Source: Catajapyx aquilonaris
Lineage: Eukaryota
Direction of reading: 5' to 3'
Assembly (NCBI GenBank): GCA_000934665.2
Contig: JYFJ02002717.1
Coordinates: forward strand, 1 to 52,090
Length of the DNA: 52,090 nucleotides
The notes under the pieces were generated by a model. It ran no database searches, was not told the DNA's origin, and saw nothing but the letters and a program-made list of their open reading frames with translations. Both the position numbers and the translations under genes were made by a program. This document shows, piece by piece, positions 1-12,215 of this stretch. The first letter of the stretch is position 1; each line of letters begins with the position of its first letter.

Positions 1-71
1 ATTAGTTCATATGTTGGGTTAGCTTGCATCTCCCTTCATCGCTGACTACCCCTCATAGGGAAATGTCGTGA

Positions 72-95
72 TGTTGTTGTTGTTGTTGTTGTTGT
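72..95 (+). repeat. (TGT)8 microsatellite, possibly the 3' tail of a retroposon truncated by the window start
   Basis: Pure TGT repeat directly visible. The retroposon-tail interpretation is inference only. Confidence 0.8.
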
Positions 96-197
96 ATTAA
101 TGGTGTGTCCCAATACGAACAATGAGTGGAAACACATGTCTCGCAATGTATATTAAAAAGTACACCATATCCTTGAAATTTTTGATGTATCCATTGT

Positions 198-3065
198 CTA
201 CAGCAGCCCTTCCAAGAACATCTTCCGGATCATAGGACGTGACATCTTCCCAGCCTGTGACTTGGGAATGTTGTCCAGGAACACCACTCCTCCTCTTAGC
301 TGCTTGTAAGATGCCACCTTGCCTGATAATAATCATATTTTGTTTTAATTACGCGGTATAATAATATATTACAGCGAAACTCGTATATTATACCATGGAC
401 GTAGTCTTTCAGAGAATCTTCGTCCAGATGTGACCCTTTCACTTTGGTGACATATGCTCTTGGTATGCTGTCACCACCTTTAGGGTCTGGTATCCCGATC
501 ACGCAGGCCTCGATCACCTCCGGGTGCTTCATTATCACGTCCTCCAATTCAACTGGAGATATCTGATGGCATGAAAGCCATCGTTACACTCGAAGCTGGG
601 ATTCACTGTTATCTTATATTCAGAGTAACACCTACATGGTAATTCCAATACTTGAAGCTCTCCTTGATTCGATCCAAGATGTAAACAAATCCATTTTCAT
701 CGTAATGGCCATAATCACCTGTGTGGAGCCAACCATCTCTAATTGTTTGAGTTGTAGCCTGAAAATAGGTTATTATTGTTTATCATAGGATGGTAATTAG
801 GTAAATCACCTCTAGATTTTTGTAATAATGCATCATGATTGTAGGTCCTTTCAGGAATAATTCTCCGGGCATGTTGGCTCCCAAAAATTCTCCCGTGTTG
901 ACGTCAGCTATCTGCAGTAACATGAGGAAGTTGTAGGGTTGCAGTCCGTGATTTCATTTTAATTATTGTGAAACAAAGGCATACCTTGAGCCTAAATCCG
1001 GGTAACAATTTTCCGCAGCTGTTGGTTGGAGTACCTGAAATATCAGTTATTTTCAAAATTTTGGTTATGGCATGAACTAATTCAAATCGCACACACACTG
1101 ACCTGAAAATTCTAGTGTCTCCTCGTCGTCATTAGTTTTCACACCAAAATCCTTAGTAGTACAGGCAAGAAACGCTTCAGTGAGACCATACGCCTGCAAA
1201 TGACATTAATTTACTGATGACCATTACTATAGTGTTGGATACTCACAACTACTTATGACTATTATACAGTATAATGTAAGCCTCGTATGTTACAAATAGT
1301 CCTTTGGCCCAAACTTTGCATTTTGAGACAAAATGCAAAGTTCAACCCCTTAGCATCCGGACTAAAATGCAGGATTGCTGATGAAACAACAGCATAACGT
1401 TATTACCCTCTGGATACCCTCCAATCTTGGATATCCTGATCTGACAGTGTCCATGATGGCCTCTGTGACTGCGGCACCACCCATTCCCACTGTTTTCACT
1501 GAGGTCAAGTCGAATCCTTTTGCAGATGGGTGGGTCGAAGCCCACAGAATGGAGGTGGAGAAACCACATACAAAGCTTGGCTTTTGGCAAAGAAACGGCA
1601 ACAATGTTATTAAGAGACTTGAAGGAGTGCTAAAGCTAAGTCAGAATTTATTATTATTAACTGCAAATATATGTTGGCCATGATTGGACCACACTGTAGC
1701 TCAGGGATATTCCATGTTCAAACTATAACAATTAGTGATCCTCTGGTGTGCTTGTGAACTTACTCGATGATCGTGAATGCCTCGAAGAAATACCTCAGGA
1801 GCACTGTTGGACATCAGAAGAGTCTCAACACCTCTTGCTGACATCTGAGGTATCAAGAGAGTCCCATTCATGTGAAAAACTCGTATTGTACTCAGGAACT
1901 TTCCGTTAGATATCTTCGTGTATCTGCTAAGACATGTAGGGTTGTTAATAGCCAGTTCTAAAATAACTACGCCACTTACGTCCATCGGTCTAATGCCATG
2001 CAAGCCATGAACCGTTGCTGTGTGAACACAGCTCCTTTGCTCGGTCCTGTGGTTCCGCCGGTACACAACACGGCCACAATGTCATCTAGATTGTAGTTGA
2101 CCTTTTCGGGAACAGCTAAAAGGAGAGGACACTAGCATTATTTAGTAGTCCTCCTCATTCCATATGAAGTGATTGAGGTGTAAGCACCTGATCCGTCATC
2201 TTCAAACAGCACATCGACGTGCAAACAGTCCTCCACGACATCGAAGCAGAAGACATGCACTGTCCAGTCCAGCTGACCACAGACGGACAGGACAGAAGGA
2301 GCAGTGGAGGCCTCGCAAAGGACGAATCGACACTCAGACTCGGTCATTCGCTGCTTCAGAGTCACTGAAATGATTGCAGGTGATGATGAAGTATTCACAA
2401 GCAGAAACATTAATGAACATTACCTTGGGTGTCTTCTGGGTACGAGGGTCGTATGATCCCGTTGAGTCTCCATACCCCGAACAAGATCGGGTATATCTTG
2501 CAGCAGTTGCTCGTGACATAAATCAGCGTGTCCTGTGGTTTGAACCCTAGTTTGGTCAAAGCACTTCCCACACTCCTGGACAGGGGATCAACTTCAGAGT
2601 ATCGAAGTGTGTCTCCAGTACTAAGGTCTCGCTGTAAGACATCGAAGATACGAAACGAATATATTTTCTCTTTAAACCATCATAACTGACGTCTTTGCTT
2701 GATTAAGCAAGGTGTATAGTAGAAAGTTATGCCACGAATTATGAAACATTATGTATTTCAAGAGTCATGTTATCGTTAAAAGGCTTTCCTATCTTTTTAT
2801 GATAATAAAGTGTGTGCGCGTGTATGTGACAGAGAGAAAATCTTAAGGTCAGGTACGTATAATGGCAAAATGTCCTATTACATGAGCTATGCTGTATTAT
2901 GTTCAGTTGAGTGACACCGATTTATTTTGCAATTAAAATGATACATACCACCATCACTTTATCTCCCGATGAGTTCAGTACTTTGCTGACGTTTTGCAGG
3001 ACAAATTCAGATGCTGAGATCTCAGGCGCAGGAATCACTTCCGGATACGGCCCCCGGATTTCCAT
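198..3065 (-). CDS. Luc-like 1: firefly-luciferase/4-coumarate:CoA ligase family acyl-adenylate-forming enzyme, 12 exons
   Basis: Exon 1 is 2949-3065 ([10 protein letters not shown]...GDKVMV). All exons join in phase at GT-AG sites. Motifs: P-loop [14 protein letters not shown] (RVFHMNG), [22 protein letters not shown] and A10 PKSQAGK. Ends EGLL-TAG at 198-200. Confidence 0.92.
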
Positions 3066-3124
3066 GGTAGATATTGATATTACGGTACTGAAATACCTTC
3101 ACTTGTACTTCGTGTGATGGCTCC

Positions 3125-3160
3125 ACTGAAACTTTTCTAGAAGCTATACTCCTATTTATA
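3125..3160 (-). promoter_or_regulatory. Core promoter of luc-like 1 (TATA box plus arthropod initiator)
   Basis: Minus-strand TATAAATA at 3153-3160 lies about 33 nt upstream of TCAGT (3125-3129), which is about 60 nt upstream of the ATG. Confidence 0.6.
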
Positions 3161-3171
3161 CAGAGGCTACT

Positions 3172-3298
3172 TCAAGATGATGATTGCTTATCATACTGAT
3201 GATCGATCTCTGATGACGGATACGGACCACGAATTTCCATGGCAGATATCGACATTACTGAAACACCTTCACGGTTTCTTTCGTGTGATGCCTCAACT
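3172..3298 (-). pseudogene. Duplicated 5'UTR and start-codon fragment of luc-like 1 (22-codon abortive ORF)
   Basis: 3218-3298 aligns to 3043-3128. The ATG at 3240 reads MEIRGPYP and then diverges to TGA at 3172-3174. Confidence 0.7.
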
Positions 3299-3780
3299 GG
3301 CTGTCACATAAAGACCAACATGGCAACATCCATAATTCCATATATATTTTATAAAATTGTCTACAGAAATCAAAAGACGCTTTCGAATCTACTATACTCG
3401 TACATGAAACTGAATATGCCCAAATGAGATTAGATAATTTTACCAACATATTAATCACTAACTTAATGTTTCATACCTATTTGGCACCTATAGTGCTGAC
3501 GACCCTCCTATATTTTGAGTCAAGACGAAACAAGCTACACTTAACGCATTTTGTCGGTCTATATATGCACCCACAGCTGCTCAGAACCAGACGAGCAATT
3601 ATTATTATTATTAAATATAAAACCACAACAAATGGCCTTTCGACGCAAGGGTTACATTTATTGCACGAACAATTGAAGGAAAAAAGACAATAACAATAAA
3701 CGTATCATATAACATCTGGCTTTGCACAACATAATTTATTATAATCCAACATCTGGCATATGCATATTGGCAGTTCCATA

Positions 3781-6603
3781 TTACATTAGACCTTCTAGAA
3801 ACAATTTCCTGATTATAGGTCGTGATATCTTCCCTGCTTGGGACCTGGGTATTTCATCCACAAACATGACCCCTCCTCGAAGATGCATGTACGAAGCAAC
3901 TTTACCTGCAATGTAATTTAATTTAAAATTTTAAATTCAACACATCTATAAGTCATTGTCTAACCATGAACGTAGTTTTTGAGTGTTTCCTCATCCAAGT
4001 CAGACCCCTTTAATTTCACGACGTATGCTCTTGGTATGCTGTCACCACCATCAGGGTCTGGTATCCCGATCACACAGGCTTCCCGGATATCCGGATGCTT
4101 CATGATCACATCTTCGAGTTCCACAGGAGAAATCTGCCCAATGAAATCATTGCAAACTATAGCTGTTATAAGACGAATTGAGGCAAATAATGCTCACGTG
4201 ATAATTCCAGTACTTGAAGCTCTCTTTGATTCGATCGACAATGTAGAGGAATCCATTGTTGTCGTAATAACCGCGGTCTCCAGTCAGAAGCCATCCGTCT
4301 CTAAAAGTCTTGGTAGTCGCCTGTGAAGAAGCATGTCACATGCATTGTTTAACCCACTCGGTATACCGGCGCCGTATTTTACGGCGCTACTATTTGATAA
4401 TTTTTTGCGTAACCTCTATAAGGTGTAAATGAATGTCGTTTTCGGCATATCTTCCGATTGTATTACCTCTGGGTTCTTGTAGTAATGAGTCATCAAGGTG
4501 CAACCTCGGACAAGAAGCTCACCTTGCTGGTTGGCGCCCAGGGTTTCTCCAGTGTCAATGTCGACGACCTTAAAAACAATGGACACATTAGCGTTACACA
4601 GGGAATCAACCCTTTGAGACACGTTTTTTACATCGATTTACATTACCTTCAAGCTCAACCCTGGAACCACCAATCCGCAGCTTTCAGCTGGCGTACCTGA
4701 TTTCCGATCATTAATAATTAAATTAATTGTTGTACTTTATGCACGAAAAGAGCAAACGCATTACCTTTAAACTCAGGCGTTTCCTCGTTTTCCGCAATAT
4801 CAGCAAGACCATCGATGGTGCTGGATATCATAAACGATTCGGTCATGCCATATCCCTGCAAATAGTCATTAATTAATTTTCCATATATGAAAGAGGTTAA
4901 CTGTCTTCGTAAAATAAAAGCATCATGTTCTAACTCTACATAATATGAATTGTAATAACAACTTACCCTGTGCAATTGCTTCAAGTTAGGATAGCTCTGT
5001 CTGATAGTGTCTATGATGGATTTTGTGATTGGTGATCCACCTATTCCTATAGATTTAACCGAGGTCAGGTCATAGTCTTTTGCCCTGGGGTAAGTGCCAG
5101 CCCACATCACTGAAGTGTTGAACCCTGCCACCACTGAGGGCTGAAAATATTTAAAATAATATAAATGACATGTTTATATAGCTATATCGATTGCAGGTTG
5201 TTTCTACTCTACAGGTTGACATTTTGTATTTGAAACATCCGTTATTGAGATAGTTTGTGACACCCCCTGTATTGCTTATCTTGTTTACCCGATATTGGTG
5301 AATTCCACTCAAAAAATTCTGAGGTGTGCTATTGGACATCAGCTGAATCTCAATGCCTCTGGCCAGCAGGAGTGGCACAAACACTGAGCCACCCATGTGA
5401 AACACTCGAATAGTCGACATGACTTTTCCATTTGTAGCCTTTGGGTACCTGAAATATTCAGAAAGGACTTTACAATGCATCATTTGACGCATGTACTTTT
5501 GAAGGTTGAAGAGCAATATACATAATTATCATACAGCCATGGTCCATTTGCCATGCAAGCCAAGAACCGTCGGTGACTCATGACAGCTCCTTTGCTAGGC
5601 CCTGTGGTGCCTCCAGTGCAAAGGACAGTCACGAGGTCATCGGGGTCAATGTCGATCGTTTCCGGGAATTCTGAAGGTAAAATATATTTTGACCGTATTT
5701 GAACATAGGATGCAGATAAAGACCTAGATAATAACCTTTGCCATTATCTCCGAAGAGTATGTCGACATCAATGCAGCCATCTGATTCGTCGAATGAAAAC
5801 ACTTTAACAGGCCAATCCAACCTGCTGCAAACTGACAACACCGCAGATGCAGTCGTATCCTCGCAAATTACGAACCGACATTCCGACTCCTTCATTCTGT
5901 TCATTAGCGTTTCTGTAAACAAATTAAATTAATGTGTCTGCTCATATACGTACAGAGTCGGCAATTTATAACCTTGAGTGTCCTCTGGGTAAGAAGGTCT
6001 TGTAATTCCATTCAATCTCCACACTCCAAATAGTATGGGAAATATTTCGCAACAATTGGAGGCGACGAATATCAACGTGTCTTGAGGTTTGAATCCCATT
6101 CGTGTCAAAGCACTTCCGACTCTACGAGACATCGGCTCCAGGTCGGAATATTGGAGGACATGTCCATTTGAAACATCTCGCTAGATAATTGCACAAATAC
6201 TCTATCATTTGAACTTAAGTGACACCTGTTTATTAGCTAAAAGATAGTTTTACTGACAGTTCTTCTAGAAAAAAGTGCGCGTGTACCGTACACTTGCGGA
6301 TGTTATCATGACATTGACACCATGTTATCTTAAAGGTAAATAAAAGATATGCAGTTACTTTGCAACGAGTGTACCCTTTAACTCCAAGTTTGTGCTTAGC
6401 TGACACTATTTGTTCGGAAATATTGATTCACTAATAGTTACTAACTGTCCACGTAACAATAAAAACTATTATTGTTATTAACTTACAATGGCCACTTTGT
6501 CGCCTTCGTTATTGAGCAATTCCTCAATTTTTCTCATCAAAAATTGCCCAATTGAAATGTCCTGGTAAGGTGCTGGATCAGGGATTGTTGATTGTATCTC
6601 CAT
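3781..6603 (-). CDS. Luc-like 2: firefly-luciferase/4CL family acyl-adenylate-forming enzyme, 12 exons
   Basis: Exon 1 is 6487-6603 ([10 protein letters not shown]...GDKVAI), with the same intron positions as luc-like 1. Motifs [25 protein letters not shown] and PRSQAGK. Ends EGLM-TAA. Confidence 0.92.
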
Positions 6604-7719
6604 ATTGTTGTCACCTTTTAAAAGGGCGCAGGTCTGTTGTTGGTCGTGAGGTTGTCAGGCACTGACTGACCTGACCTGATGAGATGAGCAAATATACACA
6701 TGTTTTTTTTTGTGCTGGATCATTCATCAAGAGTTTGATAACCGATAACGAGATATTTCGAATCCCTCACCTATGTTGCAATAAGACACGATTTTGATAA
6801 TACTGTATTTACCCAGTGCCCTCCTCTCATGTTCGCTGAGAGATTTTCAAAAAAAAAACGTGAACAACAATAGTTTTAAAAGCCTTGAAAATGATGCGAA
6901 TTTTATCATTAATTGCAGTGTTACTAAACCTTCTATTTCTATCAGATATGGTGACATGTATTTAGTTTATTATCACCATAATTATTAATACTCACAGGAG
7001 AACCTTAATAATATTATCTGAATTATTTGGCGCCGCAAAATATTTGGATAATCGTAAATCCGAATTATACGTCTCCTAACTGGTAAGATTAATCAAAATG
7101 TCAGAGTTGAATCCCTTATCTTTGACATTTAAACTGTGGCGTACATTGATGAGTGCTTATTTCTTGGTATTTGATAAAATGATGACCTTTGATGTGTAGA
7201 CAACGTTAAAAAAATTCAGATTGGCTAAAACAATATTATTACCACTGCAATAAATAGGCTAGTTACCAAATATTTTGAATGTCATTCAATCCACATCATT
7301 ATATTTAAATATGCATAGGAAAAGTTTACACGAGACTGGTTACCAAGCTAATAAAAACTTACAGTCTCTATTGATAAGATATGGTGCTTCAAATGAAGCT
7401 AAAATTAATATAAAATATAGCTTTTATTTACCATCAGGTGTGTTCATGCAAATGAAGAGAATAATCATCTCTGTCATTAGACCGCGACGCAATACCGACC
7501 GTTATCATGTCAGCTTTTCAATGAACCGTGTGGACAACTCCCATAAAAAATAAGAGAAACAAAAATGCAGTCTGGAACATTCGATTGGGACTGCTTATAT
7601 ACACGGTACACAATTGTTGAACCAGTTAAATGACAGCCTCTGAAGCACACACACAACAACACAACACGTCTTGTCTATAATTATACTTAAGACACAGGTG
7701 ATTGAAGAGACAGCACAAG

Positions 7720-10430
7720 ATGGGCTCACCAGACCCGATTAAAACGTAAGTTCATTTTTAAAAATATCCTCATTACTTAATATGCGTTATGCAACAGTTT
7801 GTAATTATTTATATTATCGAACAGTGGCTGGTTGCATTTAATATTCATAACGAAATAGTCATATCGAATGGAAGTTCAATCACCCAATACCACAAGGAGC
7901 AATGGCTATTATTTTGTCAACATAAAACATAAGAAAAACTGAGTACGTTCACTCCAGCAACCAGAGAAAAAATGCGTAATTAAGTTGAAAACATTATAAT
8001 TATTGTCCATGTAAATTCATCACTCTTTCCATGATTCTTAGGTCACCAACTCATAATGACCATTAAATAATCTGCAGTTAATAAGCTATAATATGCGGTA
8101 AATAGTACAAAATATGAATGATTTGCCCCCTTTGATAATGTTTTATAATATTATATCCTTGATACTCTCTTATGCAATACGATTAGTTAACCCCGCAATA
8201 ATTTATCACAGAAGGCTGAGATACCGTGACCTCAATGTCACCAAATATTTTATACCTATTCGTTACTCTGCAATAACCGTATTGTTATTGCCTCATGCCG
8301 CATGCAATTAGTTACGTAATAAATTTTATTCCCATTTTTTAAACACGTGACAAGCCAATGGCACCCATTTTTTTCGGTCCACGTGTCGACCACTTGCTAC
8401 TTATAATTATTGATAAGCGAAGTGAATATTCATATGGCAAAGTTTAAGCGATTAAAACGGAGCAGATTACGCAATGTGGTCAAGCATAAAGTTCAGATTG
8501 TTCCTTGCCTTCTGGCCAGTGTGCGAGGTTCATTAGCACTGTTCAGAGCTCTTCCTATTGTTGTTGCCTTAAAGCAACAGTCACCATGACGTCAACAGGA
8601 GGAATGTACCAGGTCCACCAATCGGACTTTAAGCAACACAGGTATGGTTTTAGTAGTTAATATTAGTACCAACACCAGGAAGATCATCAGATTGCATATG
8701 TTATTTTCATTGTTGCCGTATATATGTTTCATTTTAGGTACTTGAGAGATTCGGTGCGTAAATCGGCCGGAAGCAATGAGGTGACCCTGGCCATATTCGG
8801 AATCGGTCGAATCGGAGGAACCCACTTTCGCAACTTGGTCATGAACCCGGACGTGAACCTGGCATATGTGGTCGAACCGGATCAAGAGAGGCGGGAGATG
8901 ATCAAGGAGAAATGGAGGCTGGACAAGACAGTGTTTCTGGACATAACAGAAGCGGACCAGGTCTGGAACGATTCAAAGTAAGAATAACTTTTATCGACCT
9001 CGATATTTATGCTTTTCTCATAAAATTTCCAAAAATGTCATAGAGAACGGCATTGTCCGTCGGTCTGTCTGTGGACAGGTATCAGAGCCTAAACCGAAAG
9101 AAATAGCGACAAATGGTTTTCGGATTCGGATTAAGCGGTTTCAGAGTCGACTTATGGTCCACTATATCCGCCATGGCGATGGTGCAACCGGTCTTAATCT
9201 TGTTATTTTTTTTTTCAGAGTTCAAGCTGTGGTAATAGCGACTCCTACTCAATCCCACGAAGCATTGGTTCTACGAGCAATGGCAGTAGGTAAGTCTGTC
9301 CTATGTGAAAAGCCTGTTGCACCTGCGTACGAGACTGTTAAGGACTGCTATGAACAGGCGGCCAGAAAGCACAAGCTTCTTCTATGCGCTTTCAACAGGC
9401 GATTTGATCCAACCTTCAAGCTCATGAGGTGAGAGAATCAGTCTAACTTTGTCACAAATATTACAATAAAATATGTTGCTTCTAGATCTAAGGCAAAGTC
9501 TGGTGAGATTGGAAAGATCTTGTCTGTGAGGACATGCAGTCGAGATTGTCCACTGCCTTCTATGCACTACTTGCGAACATCCGGAGGAATTTTTAAGGAC
9601 TGTGCAGTCCATGATATTGACATGATCTGCTGGGTACTTGGAGAGAGGCCTGTGTCGGTCTTTGTCAATGCCCAGGTTCACAACCAGGAGATAGCAGACA
9701 TGAACGACGTCGATGTGGTCGTCATCCTTCTGAAGTTTCCATCAGGAGTTCTGGGCACCATTGAGCTCAGCCGACTCTCAGTGTACGGATATGATCAAAG
9801 GCTTGAGGTAATCAGTCCTCATGAACACTCAAGACAAGAAAAGTTCTTATTGTGTATTGTTCCAGATTTTTGGTTCACATGGAATGATCGAGAGCGGAAT
9901 GGAGAGACCTGTTGCCATCCAGACTCACACGTACACTGAAGCCAGCAAGGTTCCTCCATGTCATTCCTTCCAGTCTAGATATTCAGAAGCATACTCCATG
10001 GAGCTGGAGCACTTTGTTCGAGCCCTTCAAGGTAATTCATGTCAAAGCAAATTATTAGATAATTTTTTTTTTACGAACGCAACCGAGTGCGCACCCACAC
10101 TCGCGCAAGTACATTGTTCCAAAACAACGTCGCCACAGTTACTCATAAATGGCGAAATTCACACCGGTTTCAGAGTCTTGGCAGAGTCTCAAAAGTCGGC
10201 CATATTGTTAACCCCTAAAGTGTAGCGTTGGAAACAATTTGCGCGAACTGTGTTGCGCTCATTTAAAAAAAAAAATCGTCTATCTTTTTTTTGACATTTT
10301 ATGATTACCTGTTTCAGGCAAAGAGCAGATTGAGGTCACAAGCGAAGATGCCTTGGCTGTGCTGAAGGTAACCGAAGCATGTCAGAAGTCTCTGGTTACA
10401 GGAAACTCCGTTAGTCTTAAATGGGATTAA
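7720..10430 (+). CDS. Myo-inositol 2-dehydrogenase-like Gfo/Idh/MocA oxidoreductase with two candidate first exons
   Basis: Rossmann motif GIGRIG, plus CEKP, FNRRFDP, GGIFKDCAVHDID and YGYDQRLE. Exons: 7720-7745 or 8586-8641, then 8738-8977, 9219-9428, 9486-9807, 9867-10031 and 10318-10430 (ends LKWD-TAA). Confidence 0.88.
10056..10282. mobile_element. Degenerate fold-back/MITE-like element in the last intron of the dehydrogenase
   Basis: Imperfect terminal inverted repeats: taga..T-run..gcgca..cgcgcaa..ttgttccaa on the left against ttggaaacaatttgcgcg..tgcgc..A-run..tcta on the right. Confidence 0.4.
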
Positions 10431-11027
10431 AATTTGGTGTCATGCACCGACAGCTAGCAAGCTCATTGCAACTGAGGAACTTTGAACAATGCTTCAACAC
10501 AATCATCTTATTGTTGCAATGCACCCTTTTTCTTTGCTCAAACTCAAATGATTGAAAATAAACAGAAATTGTGCATCATGAGACAGTGTGATTTTATTTT
10601 AATTTCAATGTAATATGAATAAACTGATGTACTGTATAATTTTTTATGAAGGTTCCAGGCTCTTCTTCTGACACTTCGACGAGCTAACTAAATTAATATG
10701 ATCAACAAATAAAAATAAAATAATAGGCGACTGCACCACTTTTCTTGCTTCATTTCCAAGGTAACTGACCAACAATGGTCCAAATATGGCGCTTTATTCG
10801 CGAAATTTTTTGTGAAACATTCCGGAAGACAGAAAAATAAACTTCAAGGAGGACCTTACCTGACAAATAGGTGAGAACAAATTATGCACTGATATGTAAT
10901 TCTAGAAAGGTTCCTAACTTATTGTTTAATGTGTATGTCATTATTTTCTAAGAATTTTATAAGCATTTTTAGTGCAATTTTAAAATTTAACTATGTTACT
11001 TTCTGTAGCATCAGATCCGATTGAATC

Positions 11028-11849
11028 ATGGCCCAAGTCCAACACCAAATCTTCAGTCCTCCAGTGCAACCATTTTCATTCAAATGGACAATTGAGCACT
11101 TCAGCATCGCACAAGAACAAGAAAAACTTGTGTCTGATCCATTCATCATCGATGGACCAAAACCAACCAAATGGCAGTTACACCTTCTTCCCAAAGGATC
11201 CGCAGATTATCTCTCACTGTATCTCGCTCACATTCCTGAGAAAGAAACAGTCAGAGTCAAAGCATCGTTCTACTTAGAGATTCAGAGTTCCACCCACGAC
11301 CACTACTCATTGGGTAAGACACTTAGTCATGTGTTCTCCAAGTCATCTTCGTTCGGCTGGGGGTACGCCAGGTTCATCTACTCTGACGTCTTGAAGCTAA
11401 GGATGTCCGATCTGATACCGAACGACGTCATGACAGTGACATGCAAAGGAAAAATGATGCTGAAAGAGGAAGAGATCATCGAAGTACAAGGTCCTACCAT
11501 AGCTGATGATATGAGGCGAATGTTGGAGTCAAATGCTGGAAAGGACGTGAAATTAGATGCGAGTGACTGCAAGGGAGAAATATATGCACACAAGTTCATA
11601 CTGAAAGCCAGAAGCCCTGTGTTTGCAGCCATGTTACAACCGAAGACTCCTGAGACCAGATTAGGTCGCATTTTTGCACATGACTTTACTACAGAGGTGG
11701 TGCAAGGACTCCTGCACTTCATGTACACGAACGAAGCACCTGAAGGCATGACGGATGAGCAGGCCTATGATCTCATGAAGGCTGCGAATACGTACAAAGT
11801 CCCTGGGCTTCACTCGCTATGCAAACGTCACCTCGCAGAAAAAATTTGA
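11028..11849 (+). CDS. SPOP-like MATH-BTB protein A (273 aa, C-terminally shortened)
   Basis: MATH motifs (FKWTIEHFS, KWQLHLLPKG, WGYARFI) and BTB motifs (AHKFILKARSPVFAAM, LLHFMYT). Stops about 65 aa earlier than its paralogs. Confidence 0.88.
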   Translation: MAQVQHQIFSPPVQPFSFKWTIEHFSIAQEQEKLVSDPFIIDGPKPTKWQLHLLPKGSADYLSLYLAHIPEKETVRVKASFYLEIQSSTHDHYSLGKTLSHVFSKSSSFGWGYARFIYSDVLKLRMSDLIPNDVMTVTCKGKMMLKEEEIIEVQGPTIADDMRRMLESNAGKDVKLDASDCKGEIYAHKFILKARSPVFAAMLQPKTPETRLGRIFAHDFTTEVVQGLLHFMYTNEAPEGMTDEQAYDLMKAANTYKVPGLHSLCKRHLAEKI

Positions 11850-12215
11850 GCACAGTTTTACAACATTGCAAAATTCGTGACTTGTATACCAATCACATCG
11901 TCAATAAAAATAATGTAAACATGAAACAAAAAGTTATGTATTTTATATTCTGTACACTAATGTGTGATGACCCGATGGTAAGTGACAATGAGGATTTATC
12001 CCAGCCTCTTCTCTCCCAGCCACCATCAACAGGAGGCTGAGGTGGACGAGGTCAATCCTATTGTTGTACCTGTTGTACTGTACACACTTTCTCATACACA
12101 TGTTTCTTTTGGACGCTTTTTTTTATTTTTTTTTTTTTTTATTCCCACTGCGCCCGAAGGCATTATCGGGGAAGACTTCCCCACTTTCCTACAAATAAAT
12201 CACCTACCCTTGTGT

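Noticed and set aside
4349..4390. Small hairpin gcgccgtattttacggcgc after TTAACCC in a luc-like 2 intron
   Set aside because: Probably a short transposon end fragment. No partner end or TSD was found and it is too short to classify.
9040..9195. Intronic segment with gtcc/gtct microrepeats and ttcggattcggatt, reminiscent of Helitron-derived repeats
   Set aside because: No diagnostic termini could be established by eye.
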